NCBI GenBank assembly: GCA_041752695.1
Contig: JBGSVZ010000066.1
Coordinates: 1 to 64,000, forward strand
Direction of reading: 5' to 3'
Length of the DNA: 64,000 nucleotides
Source of the DNA: Terrimicrobiaceae bacterium
GTDB taxonomy: Bacteria > Verrucomicrobiota > Verrucomicrobiia > Chthoniobacterales > Terrimicrobiaceae
The first letter of the stretch is position 1, and each line of letters starts with the position of its first letter. The position numbers and the translations under genes were made by a program. Below are positions 1-9,151 of the stretch, in pieces. The notes under the pieces are model-generated. The model had not been told where the DNA came from and did not search any database. It saw nothing but the letters and a program-made list of their open reading frames with translations.

Positions 1-57
1 TTCCAGCGCCACTCGGGCTTTGAACTCCGGCTCGTGTCTTCTGCGTTTTCCTTTCAT
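1..57 (-). CDS. IS3-family transposase OrfA, N-terminal fragment (truncated by window edge)
   Basis: ATG at 57 gives MKGKRRRHEPEFKARVALE, the typical start of an IS3 OrfA HTH domain; absent from the ORF track. Confidence 0.8.
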   Translation of the reverse strand, partial: MKGKRRRHEPEFKARVALE

Positions 58-140
58 CGGCTTTTTCCTTGTATCCCTCCCTCCCGATTCCCGCAAAATC
101 TATAGCTTAACCACTGGTCCGATTTTTGGGGTCCACCTCA
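1..140 (-). mobile_element. Left end of an IS3-family insertion sequence (continues beyond the window start)
   Basis: Minus strand from 140 reads TGAGGTGGACCCCAAAAATCGGACCAGTGG, a TG-starting IS3-like terminal inverted repeat, followed ~80 nt later by a transposase OrfA start. Confidence 0.8.
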
Positions 141-275
141 CCATTTCGCGGATGGGTGCGAGGTCGGCTGAGGCGGCGGCCGGATCCGAGACGCCAAAGA
201 GCGTCCCCGGCCACGACATGGTGCCAAGCCCAACGGCAGATAAGGTGAGGTCAGAAAGACCGAGGGTTCGGGTGA

Positions 276-1040
276 TCATGATTTTCGGTGCGGGCCGTCG
301 GAAGTTTCGAAAACTACGGGCTGGTGATGGCGGGTGCTGACCTGCGCGACGTGGAGTCCCACCAACCGGGCCATCATGACGACGAGAAGCATTTGTCCCA
401 CCACGGCTTCAAAAACCGAAGCGCTGCGGGCCAGGTCGCTGGAGGGCAGCACGTCGCCGAACCCGACCGTGGTCAGTGTGGTGAAGCTGTAATAGATCAG
501 CCAGCCCGGGCCCGGGTGGATCGGGTGGGGGAGTTTTTCGTTGCTGGGCGGAAGGATGGTGAAGCTGCCCGGGACGGCGATTTCGATGAGGGAAAAAACA
601 AACCCCATCATCACGCCAATCAGCATATACAGCGAAGCGGCGCCGCAGAGAATGTTGGCGTCCACCACCGGTGCGGAAAAAACCCGCCGCAGCATCACCG
701 CGATGACAAACCCCATGAAAAAGGTCTGTGCGGTGAGATGGACGGCGGCAAAGGAAGGGTGACGGAAGACCGTGCTGAAATAGAGCAGCAGTAGGACAAC
801 ACTGCCGAAAACGATGGTGACGGTGCGGTGTCGGGGCGTGGACCACAAGGCGATGGCAGAAGCAAGCGTGAGGAGAAAAACAAACGGCGCAATCGCGGCC
901 TGTCCGCGGAAGAAGCTGATGTTGTGCGAGAGGCGTTCGGTGAGCGGCGCGGCCATGATAATGAGCAGCAACGAGCCAAGGAGAACTGCGAAGGGGTATT
1001 CCTTTAGGAAATTGGGGATCGGGTTGCAGGGCTTCTCCAT
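276..1040 (-). CDS. Potassium channel family protein
   Basis: Several TM helices; pore helix and selectivity filter YYSFTTLTTVGFGD. Confidence 0.85.
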   Translation of the reverse strand: MEKPCNPIPNFLKEYPFAVLLGSLLLIIMAAPLTERLSHNISFFRGQAAIAPFVFLLTLASAIALWSTPRHRTVTIVFGSVVLLLLYFSTVFRHPSFAAVHLTAQTFFMGFVIAVMLRRVFSAPVVDANILCGAASLYMLIGVMMGFVFSLIEIAVPGSFTILPPSNEKLPHPIHPGPGWLIYYSFTTLTTVGFGDVLPSSDLARSASVFEAVVGQMLLVVMMARLVGLHVAQVSTRHHQPVVFETSDGPHRKS

Positions 1041-1083
1041 CGGAGGAAATCAATCACATTTCGCTGCTGAGGACAGGAGGAAA

Positions 1084-1112
1084 TTGACGCCCCGGCCCCG
1101 TGGAACTACCTC
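1084..1112 (+). promoter_or_regulatory. Sigma70-like promoter, probably leaderless
   Basis: TTGACG-N17-TACCTC, then 7 nt to ATG 1120; no SD sequence. Confidence 0.5.
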
Positions 1113-1119
1113 TTGGGCG

Positions 1120-1713
1120 ATGAAACTCGACGTTCCTGACCACCCGTTTGAAGGGTATATCTTCGATTGCGACGGCACGATTGCCGACACCATGCCGGTG
1201 CATTACCGCGCCTGGATGAAAACGCTGGAGGAGGTCGGCGGGGAATTTCCTGAGGATCTTTTTTACGCCTGGGGCGGACGTCCTTCGGCCGATATCGTGG
1301 CGGCCCTCAATGAAATGCAGGGCCTTTCGCTCGATGTGGATTCGACGGTGCATCGCAAGGAACGCCATTACCTCGCCGCCGTCCACGAGGTTCTTCCCAT
1401 TGTGCCGGTGCTGGAAATTGCCCGTCGCATGCATGGACTCAAGCCCCTGGCCATCGCCTCGGGCGGCCACCACGAACTCGTCCATGCCACCCTGACCGCC
1501 ATCGGCATTTACGATATGTTCGACGCCATCGTCTGTTTCGAAGACTACGAGCGCGGCAAGCCGTTTCCCGATCCCTTTCTGGTCGCGGCGAAACGCATCG
1601 GCATCGCGCCGCAGGATTGTCTGGTCTTCGAAGACAGTCCCACGGGCGTGGAGGCTGCCAAGGCCGCGGGCATGCAATACGTCTTTGTGCCGTCCGCCGG
1701 AAGACCGCTGTGA
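1120..1713 (+). CDS. HAD-superfamily phosphatase (YqaB/beta-PGM-like)
   Basis: Motifs FDCDGT, GKPFPD, FEDSPTG; ATG 1120 preferred over the ORF-track start 814. Confidence 0.9.
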   Translation: MKLDVPDHPFEGYIFDCDGTIADTMPVHYRAWMKTLEEVGGEFPEDLFYAWGGRPSADIVAALNEMQGLSLDVDSTVHRKERHYLAAVHEVLPIVPVLEIARRMHGLKPLAIASGGHHELVHATLTAIGIYDMFDAIVCFEDYERGKPFPDPFLVAAKRIGIAPQDCLVFEDSPTGVEAAKAAGMQYVFVPSAGRPL

Positions 1714-2087
1714 AATCACTGGCCGCCTTGATTATTGTCTTCGCCCTGTCCGCATCCGCGGCGGATTACGGGGAGAAGACGCGTTTTGAAAAGGGCAGGC
1801 CGCTGACGTTTCCCGACTGCGAACTGGTGTTCCAAGGCACACGTAAGGTGTCATCGCCGGTCTATACCCGGGGATTCGTGAACTACGACTTCCAGGCCCG
1901 TGCCGGCGGTAAAACGGCTGACGTTTCCTGGTCTGAGGGGACCGGTCTGATCGCGCCGAAACTCTTCACGATCAATGGCGAAAAGTTCGTGCTCGAGCTC
2001 AAGGGTTCCAAGGCGTTCAAGGGATGGCTGAAGGACAATGAACTCGTCCTTTGGAAACAGGCGGACTTCGAAAAACTCCAACGATGA
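1710..2087 (+). CDS. Secreted hypothetical protein (paralog 1 of a tandem pair)
   Basis: GTG overlaps the upstream stop (GTGA); signal peptide ending ASA-AD; collinear with the next gene. Confidence 0.8.
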   Translation: MKSLAALIIVFALSASAADYGEKTRFEKGRPLTFPDCELVFQGTRKVSSPVYTRGFVNYDFQARAGGKTADVSWSEGTGLIAPKLFTINGEKFVLELKGSKAFKGWLKDNELVLWKQADFEKLQR

Positions 2088-2458
2088 AAACGGCGTTCCT
2101 CCTCCTCGCAGTTATGATCATGGCCGGCACGGCCTTCGCGGCTGACTACGGAGCGATGGTGCGGTTTGTCCAAGGGAAAACTCTGACGTTTCCTGACTGC
2201 GAGTTGACCTTCACCGGCACGCGCAAGGTCAGTTCCAAAAGTTATCCCCGGGGTTTTGTTTACTACGACTTCAACGTTTCATCCGGCGGCAAGACAACGG
2301 ACGTCAGTTGGTCCAGCGGCACCGGGGATATCGGCCCCGAGTTTTTCCAAGTGAATGGCAAGAAGTTCGTTTTGGAATTGTCCCACTCGGAAGCCCTCAA
2401 AAGCCGGCTAAAAAACGAAGAACTCGTTCTCTGGCGGCAGGCGGATTTCCGCAAATGA
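2084..2458 (+). CDS. Secreted hypothetical protein (paralog 2 of a tandem pair)
   Basis: ATGA overlap; signal peptide ending AFA-AD; about two-thirds identical to the mature part of the preceding protein. Confidence 0.8.
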   Translation: MKTAFLLLAVMIMAGTAFAADYGAMVRFVQGKTLTFPDCELTFTGTRKVSSKSYPRGFVYYDFNVSSGGKTTDVSWSSGTGDIGPEFFQVNGKKFVLELSHSEALKSRLKNEELVLWRQADFRK

Positions 2459-2496
2459 CTTTGACCGTCGGCAAGAACTTCGGTAGGACCTCCTCC

Positions 2497-2811
2497 GTGA
2501 CTGTTCGCTCCCTCTTACTGGCCGCGGTCGTCGCGGTTTCCTTTTCGGGTTGCGAGACGCTGGATGATTTCCTGCTGTCTTCCGATCCCGACCCGGTCGT
2601 TTACGTGCGCGATCCGGTCTATGTGCGGGATTTCGACCCCTATTACAACCGGCCGAAATCCTACTGGCAGCCGGAGTATTACCATGAGTCCACCAGCAAG
2701 AAGACCAAGGGCAAGAAGGTCTTCAAAACGACGACGGTGAAAAACCAGTACGGCGACACCGTTTACAAACACACTGACGTCCACACCAAAAAGAAGAAGA
2801 AAAAGAAATGA
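2497..2811 (+). CDS. Small lipoprotein with Lys-rich C-terminus
   Basis: GTG 7 nt after TTGACC-N17-TAGGAC; lipobox FSGC; ends in KKKKKKK. Confidence 0.7.
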   Translation: MTVRSLLLAAVVAVSFSGCETLDDFLLSSDPDPVVYVRDPVYVRDFDPYYNRPKSYWQPEYYHESTSKKTKGKKVFKTTTVKNQYGDTVYKHTDVHTKKKKKKK

Positions 2812-3149
2812 AATCCCTCCTCCTTTTTTTGGCATTCACCGGCTCGGCCTGGGCCTCGGATCTGGATTTTATCCTGTCCAATGCGACCGGCCGCAGTTTC
2901 GAAGCGGTTTATATTTCGGCTGTGGGCAACAAGGATTGGGATGGCAACCTGCTGCCCAATGGCAAAGCTTTGGACGCAGGCGGCAAAATCACCGTGAAGT
3001 TTCCTGTCGAATCGAAGGGGGAAGGCTGGGATTTTAACGTGGTGGACGACGAGGGTCTCGTGGTTCGCTTTGAGGGAGTGAAACTCTCCGGTGCGGATCA
3101 AGTCACCCTAGTCGAGAAAGACGGCAAGATCATCGCCGAAGTGGAGTAG
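2808..3149 (+). CDS. Small secreted hypothetical protein
   Basis: ATGA overlap; signal peptide AWA-SD; beta-rich mature domain (DFILSNATG...VYIS...WDGNLL...WDF). Confidence 0.75.
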   Translation: MKSLLLFLAFTGSAWASDLDFILSNATGRSFEAVYISAVGNKDWDGNLLPNGKALDAGGKITVKFPVESKGEGWDFNVVDDEGLVVRFEGVKLSGADQVTLVEKDGKIIAEVE

Positions 3150-3212
3150 GGGGCGGCTGCGTTCCGCCTTGTGCAGTGGCGGAAGACTTGTCATGCTTGG
3201 CCTCAGAAATCT

Positions 3213-4676
3213 ATGGCATCGTCCACTCCTCCCAAACGCGTCCAACCGATCGTCTATTTCATTGGCTTCACCGCCGCCCTGGCCGGGTTGCTCTTCGGTC
3301 TCGACGTGGGAGTGATCTCGGGGGCGGAGGGGTTTATTCAGAAAGATTTCAAACTTTCCGATGACACGATTCAGTTGATAGTCAGTTCGCTCCTCTGGGG
3401 GGCAGCGTTCGGGGCGTTGTTTAGCGGCATCCTCTCCAGCAAGCTGGGCCGTCGCAAAACGATCCTGATCAGCGCGGTCAATTTTATCATTGGTGCGATT
3501 CTTTGCGCGTTTGCCCCCAACGAAAACGTCCTGATCTTTGCACGTTTTATCCTTGGCATTGCCGTGGGCGTCGCTTCCTTCACCGCCCCGCTCTACCTTT
3601 CGGAGGTTTCTCCCCAATCCGTGCGCGGCTCGATGATCTCGATGTACCAATTGATGATTACAATTGGCATTGTGATGGCATTTTTAAGCAACACCTGGCT
3701 GGCGACTTATGCCACGTTTGGCGGGGAAACGGGCGGCCATTGGCGCATCATGCTCGGCATCATCGCCCTTCCCGCGGCGGTGATGTTTGCGGGCGTCTTT
3801 TTCTTGCCGGAAAGCCCCCGTTGGCTGTTTCTCAAAGGTTTCCACGAAAAGGCGGTGGAAGTGTTTAAACAGATGAAACTCGACGACGCGGAGATCGCGG
3901 CGGAAGTGCGGGAGATTGAGGACAGCCTGAAGGTCAAGCAGGATGGGTTTTCCCTCCTTCTCACCAATCGCAATTTTCGACGCGCCATCGGCCTTGGCAT
4001 CGGTCTGCAAATCATCCAGCAACTCACCGGGATCAACGTGATCATGTATTATGCACCGCGCATCTTTGGCATGGCCGGTTTTGAGGATACCAACGAGCAG
4101 ATGTGGGGCACGGTGATCGTCGGCGTGACGAATGTGCTGGCGACGTTCATTGCCATTGCTTTCGTGGACCGTCTGGGACGCAAACCTATTATGTATGCCG
4201 GCTTTGTCACCATGGGCCTGGCGCTCATCGCGGTCGGCACGCTGTTTGTCATCGGCGGAGAAACCCACATGACGACCAACGCGAAAGGGGTGGAGGAAGC
4301 ATCCATTGTCCTCAAAAGCCTGGACTACGCCTACCCCGCAATCTTCTCGCTGCTCGTTTTCATCGTGGGTTTCGCCATGAGCGCGGGTCCGATCATCTGG
4401 GTGATTTGTTCGGAGATTTATCCCTTGGCCGGCCGCGACATGGGCGTGACCTTCAGCACTGGCACGAACTGGATTGCCAATGCCATTGTGGGAATGACCT
4501 TTCTTTCGCTCATCAACGGGTTCGGTCCGGGCAACACCTTCCTTCTCTACGGCGGACTGAACGTGCTCTTCATCATTTTCTTCCTGATCTTTGTGCCCGA
4601 AACGAAGGGGATCTCATTGGAGGCAATCGAGCGCAACCTCATGTCCGGTCTCAAACTTCGGAAGATCGGGCGGTAG
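3213..4676 (+). CDS. MFS sugar porter (GalP/AraE-like)
   Basis: GLLFGLD, LGRR, PESPRWL, QQLTGINVIMYY, PETKG motifs; ~12 TM. Confidence 0.95.
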   Translation: MASSTPPKRVQPIVYFIGFTAALAGLLFGLDVGVISGAEGFIQKDFKLSDDTIQLIVSSLLWGAAFGALFSGILSSKLGRRKTILISAVNFIIGAILCAFAPNENVLIFARFILGIAVGVASFTAPLYLSEVSPQSVRGSMISMYQLMITIGIVMAFLSNTWLATYATFGGETGGHWRIMLGIIALPAAVMFAGVFFLPESPRWLFLKGFHEKAVEVFKQMKLDDAEIAAEVREIEDSLKVKQDGFSLLLTNRNFRRAIGLGIGLQIIQQLTGINVIMYYAPRIFGMAGFEDTNEQMWGTVIVGVTNVLATFIAIAFVDRLGRKPIMYAGFVTMGLALIAVGTLFVIGGETHMTTNAKGVEEASIVLKSLDYAYPAIFSLLVFIVGFAMSAGPIIWVICSEIYPLAGRDMGVTFSTGTNWIANAIVGMTFLSLINGFGPGNTFLLYGGLNVLFIIFFLIFVPETKGISLEAIERNLMSGLKLRKIGR

Positions 4677-4706
4677 GGAGTGGTGGCGGCATCCTGCCGC
4701 TGGAGG

Positions 4707-4733
4707 AAAAAGCCCCCGGCGGTGTGCGGGGGC
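4707..4733 (-). terminator. Intrinsic terminator for the TPR/AAA operon
   Basis: Minus strand GCCCCCG-N8-CGGGGGC followed by TTTTT, just past the stop at 4747. Confidence 0.6.
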
Positions 4734-4746
4734 AGTGGCTGTCACG

Positions 4747-6000
4747 TCAGCCCCGTCGGTTAAGCGACCGGACGTTGCAAAGCCAGGTCACGCCAATGAC
4801 GGCGAGAAAGGCTAGTTGGCCGAGAGGTTCGGTCCAGACGCCGAACGATTTGCCGGTAACGATCTGGATCACGCTAATGGTGCCCACAAAATAGACAAAA
4901 ACGCCGATGCTACCGAAAAGCAGTCGCCCCAGTTTTTCGGTGTTCATGAATGTGTAGGCGAAGGGAAACGCACTGCCGATGAGGGACACTCCAGCCACCA
5001 GCAGGGCGGGCTGGGGCAGAATCAATCCCGCGGCGAGCAGGGGGAGACCGGCGATGACCCCGATGCCCACAAAAATCGCCTCCCAGACTTCGCCTTTTTC
5101 CAGGGCATGCCGGGCGAAGCGGTCGAAAAGGAGTTGGAAATTTCCGACCGCGCGGGCGACATGGACCCAGAGCACAAAAAGCATGTAGGTGACCGTCACT
5201 CCCAGCGCGAGCGGGCCGGGCAGCACGCGGGGGGCGATATTGACCGCGAAAAGCAAACCCAGGATCACCAGCCATTGTTTGCCCGCGGTGAACCTCTGCA
5301 TGAAAAAGCAGTAGTTCAGGTACCAACGATAGATGGCGGAGCGGGATTTGAAGGCCTCCTTCAGGCCGGCGCGGGCAGCTTCGTTGCCGGCATCAAGCCG
5401 CAGGGCTTCCAAAAAATGGCCCTCGGCCTTGCGGGCATCGCCCCGCTGGAGCGCCAGCCACCCCGCTGTGCTGTGGTTGTCACCACTCTCCGGATCCTGC
5501 GCCAGCATGTAATCCGTTTGCTCCGCGCTCTCGGCGAGTTTGTTCTGCAGGCGCAACGCGTGCGCGAGCTGATTGGCCGCGGTCGTGTTCTCGGGATTCA
5601 GATCGAGCGCCTTGCGGGCGGCAAGTTCCGCGGTTGCCCATTCGTTTTTGGAAAGGAATGCTGCAGCGCGGGCGGTGAGCGCCAGGTCGGAGTCCGGCTC
5701 GATGCGCAGGGCTTCCTCGGAGGCCTTGAGGGCGTCGCCGCCACGGTGCAGGTCCACAAGGATGAAGGCACGCAGGGCGTGGAAATCCGCCGCTTCCGGC
5801 TCCAGGGAAAGCGCCCGCTCAATGGTGGCGAGACCGTCCCTGTGCCGGTTCTGATTCGTCTCACAGACCGCAAGATGATAGAGAGTGAAAGGGTCGTTGG
5901 GATCGTTGGCCAGCGCCTCGCGGAAATATTTCTCCGCGTCCGGATAGCGGCGTTGTTCCAGCAGGACGAGGCCGCGCTGCGTCGAGGGTGAAACGCTCAT
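4747..6000 (-). CDS. TPR-repeat protein with a C-terminal multi-pass membrane domain
   Basis: N-terminal TPR repeats (ALANDPND, ALSLEPE, ALRIEPD, ALDLNPE), then ~6 hydrophobic segments. Confidence 0.85.
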   Translation of the reverse strand: MSVSPSTQRGLVLLEQRRYPDAEKYFREALANDPNDPFTLYHLAVCETNQNRHRDGLATIERALSLEPEAADFHALRAFILVDLHRGGDALKASEEALRIEPDSDLALTARAAAFLSKNEWATAELAARKALDLNPENTTAANQLAHALRLQNKLAESAEQTDYMLAQDPESGDNHSTAGWLALQRGDARKAEGHFLEALRLDAGNEAARAGLKEAFKSRSAIYRWYLNYCFFMQRFTAGKQWLVILGLLFAVNIAPRVLPGPLALGVTVTYMLFVLWVHVARAVGNFQLLFDRFARHALEKGEVWEAIFVGIGVIAGLPLLAAGLILPQPALLVAGVSLIGSAFPFAYTFMNTEKLGRLLFGSIGVFVYFVGTISVIQIVTGKSFGVWTEPLGQLAFLAVIGVTWLCNVRSLNRRG

Positions 6001-7355
6001 TTTTTGATCCCGAGAAACGCCAGCACGTCGTTGTAGAATCCGCCCTGGTTGGAATACAGGGCGTAGTTTTTCGCGCTCTCAAACCAGGCCTTGGTGGACG
6101 GTTTAAGGGACTTGGCCACCTCCAGCAGGTCGCGCTGCGTAATGGGCACGATCTGACCGCGTTTCATCGCCACTGCCAGACTCTTCTCCACCGTCTGATC
6201 GAAGATCGCCTTGAGATCCGCGCCGGAAAAATCCTTCGTCCTCTGTGCGAGTTCCTTGGCGTTAAAATCCGCCAACGGTTTGCCCTTCGCCAGTAGCGAC
6301 AGGATCGAGATGCGGGCGGGCTCGTCGGGAGGCGGAACAAAAAGGATCCGGTCGAATCGGCCCGGACGGCGGAAGGCCGGATCGATGTGCCAGGGCGCAT
6401 TGGTGGCTCCGAGGATGAGGATGCCTTCGTTGCTGGCGACGTTGCCATCCATCTCCGCGAGGAACTGATTAATTAGCGTCCGTCCGGCGCTTTTGCGCAT
6501 GTCGCGGCGATCGGCCGCCAGGGCGTCCACTTCGTCGAAAAAGAGAATGGCAGGCGCGTTGTCGCGGGCCATTTCAAAAAGCCGATGCAGGTTTTTTTCA
6601 CTTTCTCCAATGTAGAGGTCGAGAATCTGATGGATGCCAATGGAAAGAAAATTGGCCTCAATTTCGCCCGCCGTGGCTTTGCTGATGAGCGTCTTGCCGC
6701 AGCCCGGAGGGCCGTAGAGCAGTACGCCGCCGCCCGCTTTCTTACCGTAGGCCTTGAAAAGATCGGGGTTTTTCAGCGGATAAAGAATTTTCATCCGGAT
6801 CTCTTCCTTCACCGAATCCATGCCGCCGACGTCTTCGAAGGTCGTGTCGGGGCGTTCCAAAAATTCGCTCCCCGGGACGGATTCGCCGGTGTTTTCCTTA
6901 TCCGGCGCCTCCCAGCCCTCGTTGGTCACCTTACCCCTTGCCTTGGGTTCGGCGGGCGGGGTTTGCAGAAATAGCTCCTGCTCAAGGCCGGGGTCCTGAC
7001 GTCCACCGGGCAGTTTGAGGCTTTTTTCATAACACTCGCGCGCGTGATCCTTCTGACCTTCGGCCATGAGGAAGCGGCTGAGGTGCAACCAGGCGGTGGG
7101 GTCGTCCGGATGAGCCTGGACGAAACTTTCCAATCGGACCACGGCCTCGGAAGTTTTTCCCGTCTGATGCAGCGCGCGGGCCAGGCCGATGCGTGCCTGC
7201 TTGTGATCCGCTTCCTTGCCCAGGATTTGCTGAAACGCCGTCACCGCCTCGTCCGCGTGAAATTCCTCCAGGCAGGTTTCGGCGAAAAGCAGAAGCAAAG
7301 GCAGGTTGTCGGGAGAGACCATCACGGCCTGGCGCAGCGCATCAATCTGAGACAT
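5997..7355 (-). CDS. AAA+ ATPase (classical clade, single AAA domain) with N-terminal TPR-like repeats
   Basis: Walker A GPPGCGKT, pore loop LYIGE, Walker B FFDEVD, SRH TNAPWHIDPAFRRPGRFD. Confidence 0.92.
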   Translation of the reverse strand: MSQIDALRQAVMVSPDNLPLLLLFAETCLEEFHADEAVTAFQQILGKEADHKQARIGLARALHQTGKTSEAVVRLESFVQAHPDDPTAWLHLSRFLMAEGQKDHARECYEKSLKLPGGRQDPGLEQELFLQTPPAEPKARGKVTNEGWEAPDKENTGESVPGSEFLERPDTTFEDVGGMDSVKEEIRMKILYPLKNPDLFKAYGKKAGGGVLLYGPPGCGKTLISKATAGEIEANFLSIGIHQILDLYIGESEKNLHRLFEMARDNAPAILFFDEVDALAADRRDMRKSAGRTLINQFLAEMDGNVASNEGILILGATNAPWHIDPAFRRPGRFDRILFVPPPDEPARISILSLLAKGKPLADFNAKELAQRTKDFSGADLKAIFDQTVEKSLAVAMKRGQIVPITQRDLLEVAKSLKPSTKAWFESAKNYALYSNQGGFYNDVLAFLGIKK

Positions 7356-7508
7356 GCGGAGAGGCTATGCGGGGCGCGGCGGGCGTAAACCAAAAATTGC
7401 GAATGAGAGAGATCATCCATCCTTCGCTGCCAGATCTCCCATCGTGCCATTTCCGGACAATCCCGCGGAAAACCCCGCGGCTAGAGCCAGTGAATCTGCA
7501 TGAGGGGA

Positions 7509-7551
7509 TTGAAGATTGCCATGCTGGAGTTATTGTAGCAGTCTGACAGAC
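7509..7551 (+). promoter_or_regulatory. Promoter plus palindromic operator upstream of the acetylesterase
   Basis: TTGAAG-N16-TATTGT (7509-7536), then palindrome GTCTG-A-CAGAC (7541-7551). Confidence 0.45.
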
Positions 7552-7556
7552 CAGAC

Positions 7557-9110
7557 ATGAGTCAGACAAAAAGTCCCATTTCTCTTGCGCGGTCTTTCCG
7601 CGTTGCCGTGGCGGTTCTTGCCGTCCTATTCTGTGCGACCGCCACTCGGCTACGGGCCTCAGACTTAACTCTGACCTCCCTATTTACCGACCACATGGTC
7701 CTTCAGCGCGAGCAGCAGGTGCCGGTCTGGGGGCGGGCGAGGCCGGGCGACGTGATTTCTGTGGATTTTGCCGACCAGAAAAAAACCGGAAACGTGGGCG
7801 CCGACGGCCAATGGCTCGTGAAGCTCGACCCCATGGAGGCAGCGACAGAGGGACGGGATTTGGTGGTTCACTCCACCACGGAAAATCAAGGCCTGCGACT
7901 TGCGGATGTGGTGGTCGGCGACGTCTGGCTTTGCTCCGGCCAGTCCAACATGCACTTTACAATGAAGCGGGTGGAACAAGCACCGAAAGAGATCGCTGCC
8001 GCCGACCATCCCCTGGTGCGCTTTTTTTACGTCAAACCGCAGTTTTCCCGCGAGCCCTCAGCGGGGGTTGAGGGCGATTGGGTGCGCGTTTCTCCCGAGT
8101 CCGTTGTCCAATGCTCGGCGGTGGCTTATTATTTCGGGCGGGACCTGCAGCAAAAGCTGGGTGTGCCGATTGGGTTGCTGTTGAGTTCGGTCGGCGGCAC
8201 GCGGATTGAGACGTGGATGCGACCACAGATCCTCTCCGACCTTGGCTTGGCGGGTCCTTTGCTGGAAAAGTGGAAAAAGATCTCGGCCACGGAACTTCAG
8301 CAGATCGAGACGGCCTACACCGACTATCAACACCAGCGGGATGCGGTCTACCCGCAGGCGGTCGCCGCGGCCAAAAGCGAGGGCGCGCCGATTCCGCCCG
8401 AACCTGCCAGACCGGAGATGCGGGCGCACGACTGTCCGGGGGCTTTGCATCATGGCATGATTGCACCGCTGCAGCCGTTTGCGATCCGCGGTGCCCTTTG
8501 GTATCAGGGCGAATCAAACATCGGCGCCCATGGCGCCTACGAAAAAATGCTGCCGGCCCTCATCGCGGACTGGCGGCGGATCTGGGGAGGGGAGATGCCC
8601 TTCCTGATTGTGCAACTGGCCCCTCATGAAAGTGTCACACCCGCTTTCCGCGAGGCGCAGTTTCGGGTCTGGCAGAAAACGCCACGGACCGCCTTGGTGG
8701 TGACTACCGATGTTGGAAATGCCAAAGACATCCACCCCATCCGCAAGCGTCCGGTGGGGGAGCGTCTCGCTTTGGCTGCTCGTGCTTTAAGCTACGAGGA
8801 ACCCGTGGAATACTCCGGACCGGTCTTCCAAAGCATGGACGTCGACGGTCCGTCTGCCGTGATTTCCTTCACCCACATCGGGGATGGCCTGATGGCCAAG
8901 GGCGATGTCCTCAAGGGTTTCATGGTGGCCGCACGGGATGGAAAATTTTTTCCGGCCAAAGCCGAAATAAGAGGGGCCACGGTTGTCGTTTCCTCCGAGC
9001 AGGTGCCTAAGCCGGCGTGTGTTCACTACGGCAATGACAAAGTGCCGGACGTGAATCTTTGCAATAGCTACGGCCTGCCCGCGGTGCCTTTCCGCAGCGA
9101 TATGAAGTAA
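7557..9110 (+). CDS. Sialate O-acetylesterase family (SGNH) protein
   Basis: Signal peptide; GDVWLCSGQSNM, WYQGESN, DIHP motifs. Confidence 0.92.
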   Translation: MSQTKSPISLARSFRVAVAVLAVLFCATATRLRASDLTLTSLFTDHMVLQREQQVPVWGRARPGDVISVDFADQKKTGNVGADGQWLVKLDPMEAATEGRDLVVHSTTENQGLRLADVVVGDVWLCSGQSNMHFTMKRVEQAPKEIAAADHPLVRFFYVKPQFSREPSAGVEGDWVRVSPESVVQCSAVAYYFGRDLQQKLGVPIGLLLSSVGGTRIETWMRPQILSDLGLAGPLLEKWKKISATELQQIETAYTDYQHQRDAVYPQAVAAAKSEGAPIPPEPARPEMRAHDCPGALHHGMIAPLQPFAIRGALWYQGESNIGAHGAYEKMLPALIADWRRIWGGEMPFLIVQLAPHESVTPAFREAQFRVWQKTPRTALVVTTDVGNAKDIHPIRKRPVGERLALAARALSYEEPVEYSGPVFQSMDVDGPSAVISFTHIGDGLMAKGDVLKGFMVAARDGKFFPAKAEIRGATVVVSSEQVPKPACVHYGNDKVPDVNLCNSYGLPAVPFRSDMK

Positions 9111-9151
9111 CGTTTTTCCTCGATTTTTCCTGATCCGAACTCATCAAGCTC

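Noticed and set aside
20..340. 106-aa plus-strand ORF
   Set aside because: It spans the IS end and overlaps the K+ channel antisense; no motifs.
814..1119. Long N-terminal extensions given by the ORF track (also 17523-17705, 30160-30432, 45076-45366, 54109-54285, 56687-56857)
   Set aside because: Most overlap neighbouring genes or promoters; downstream starts fit signal peptides, domain boundaries and coupling better.
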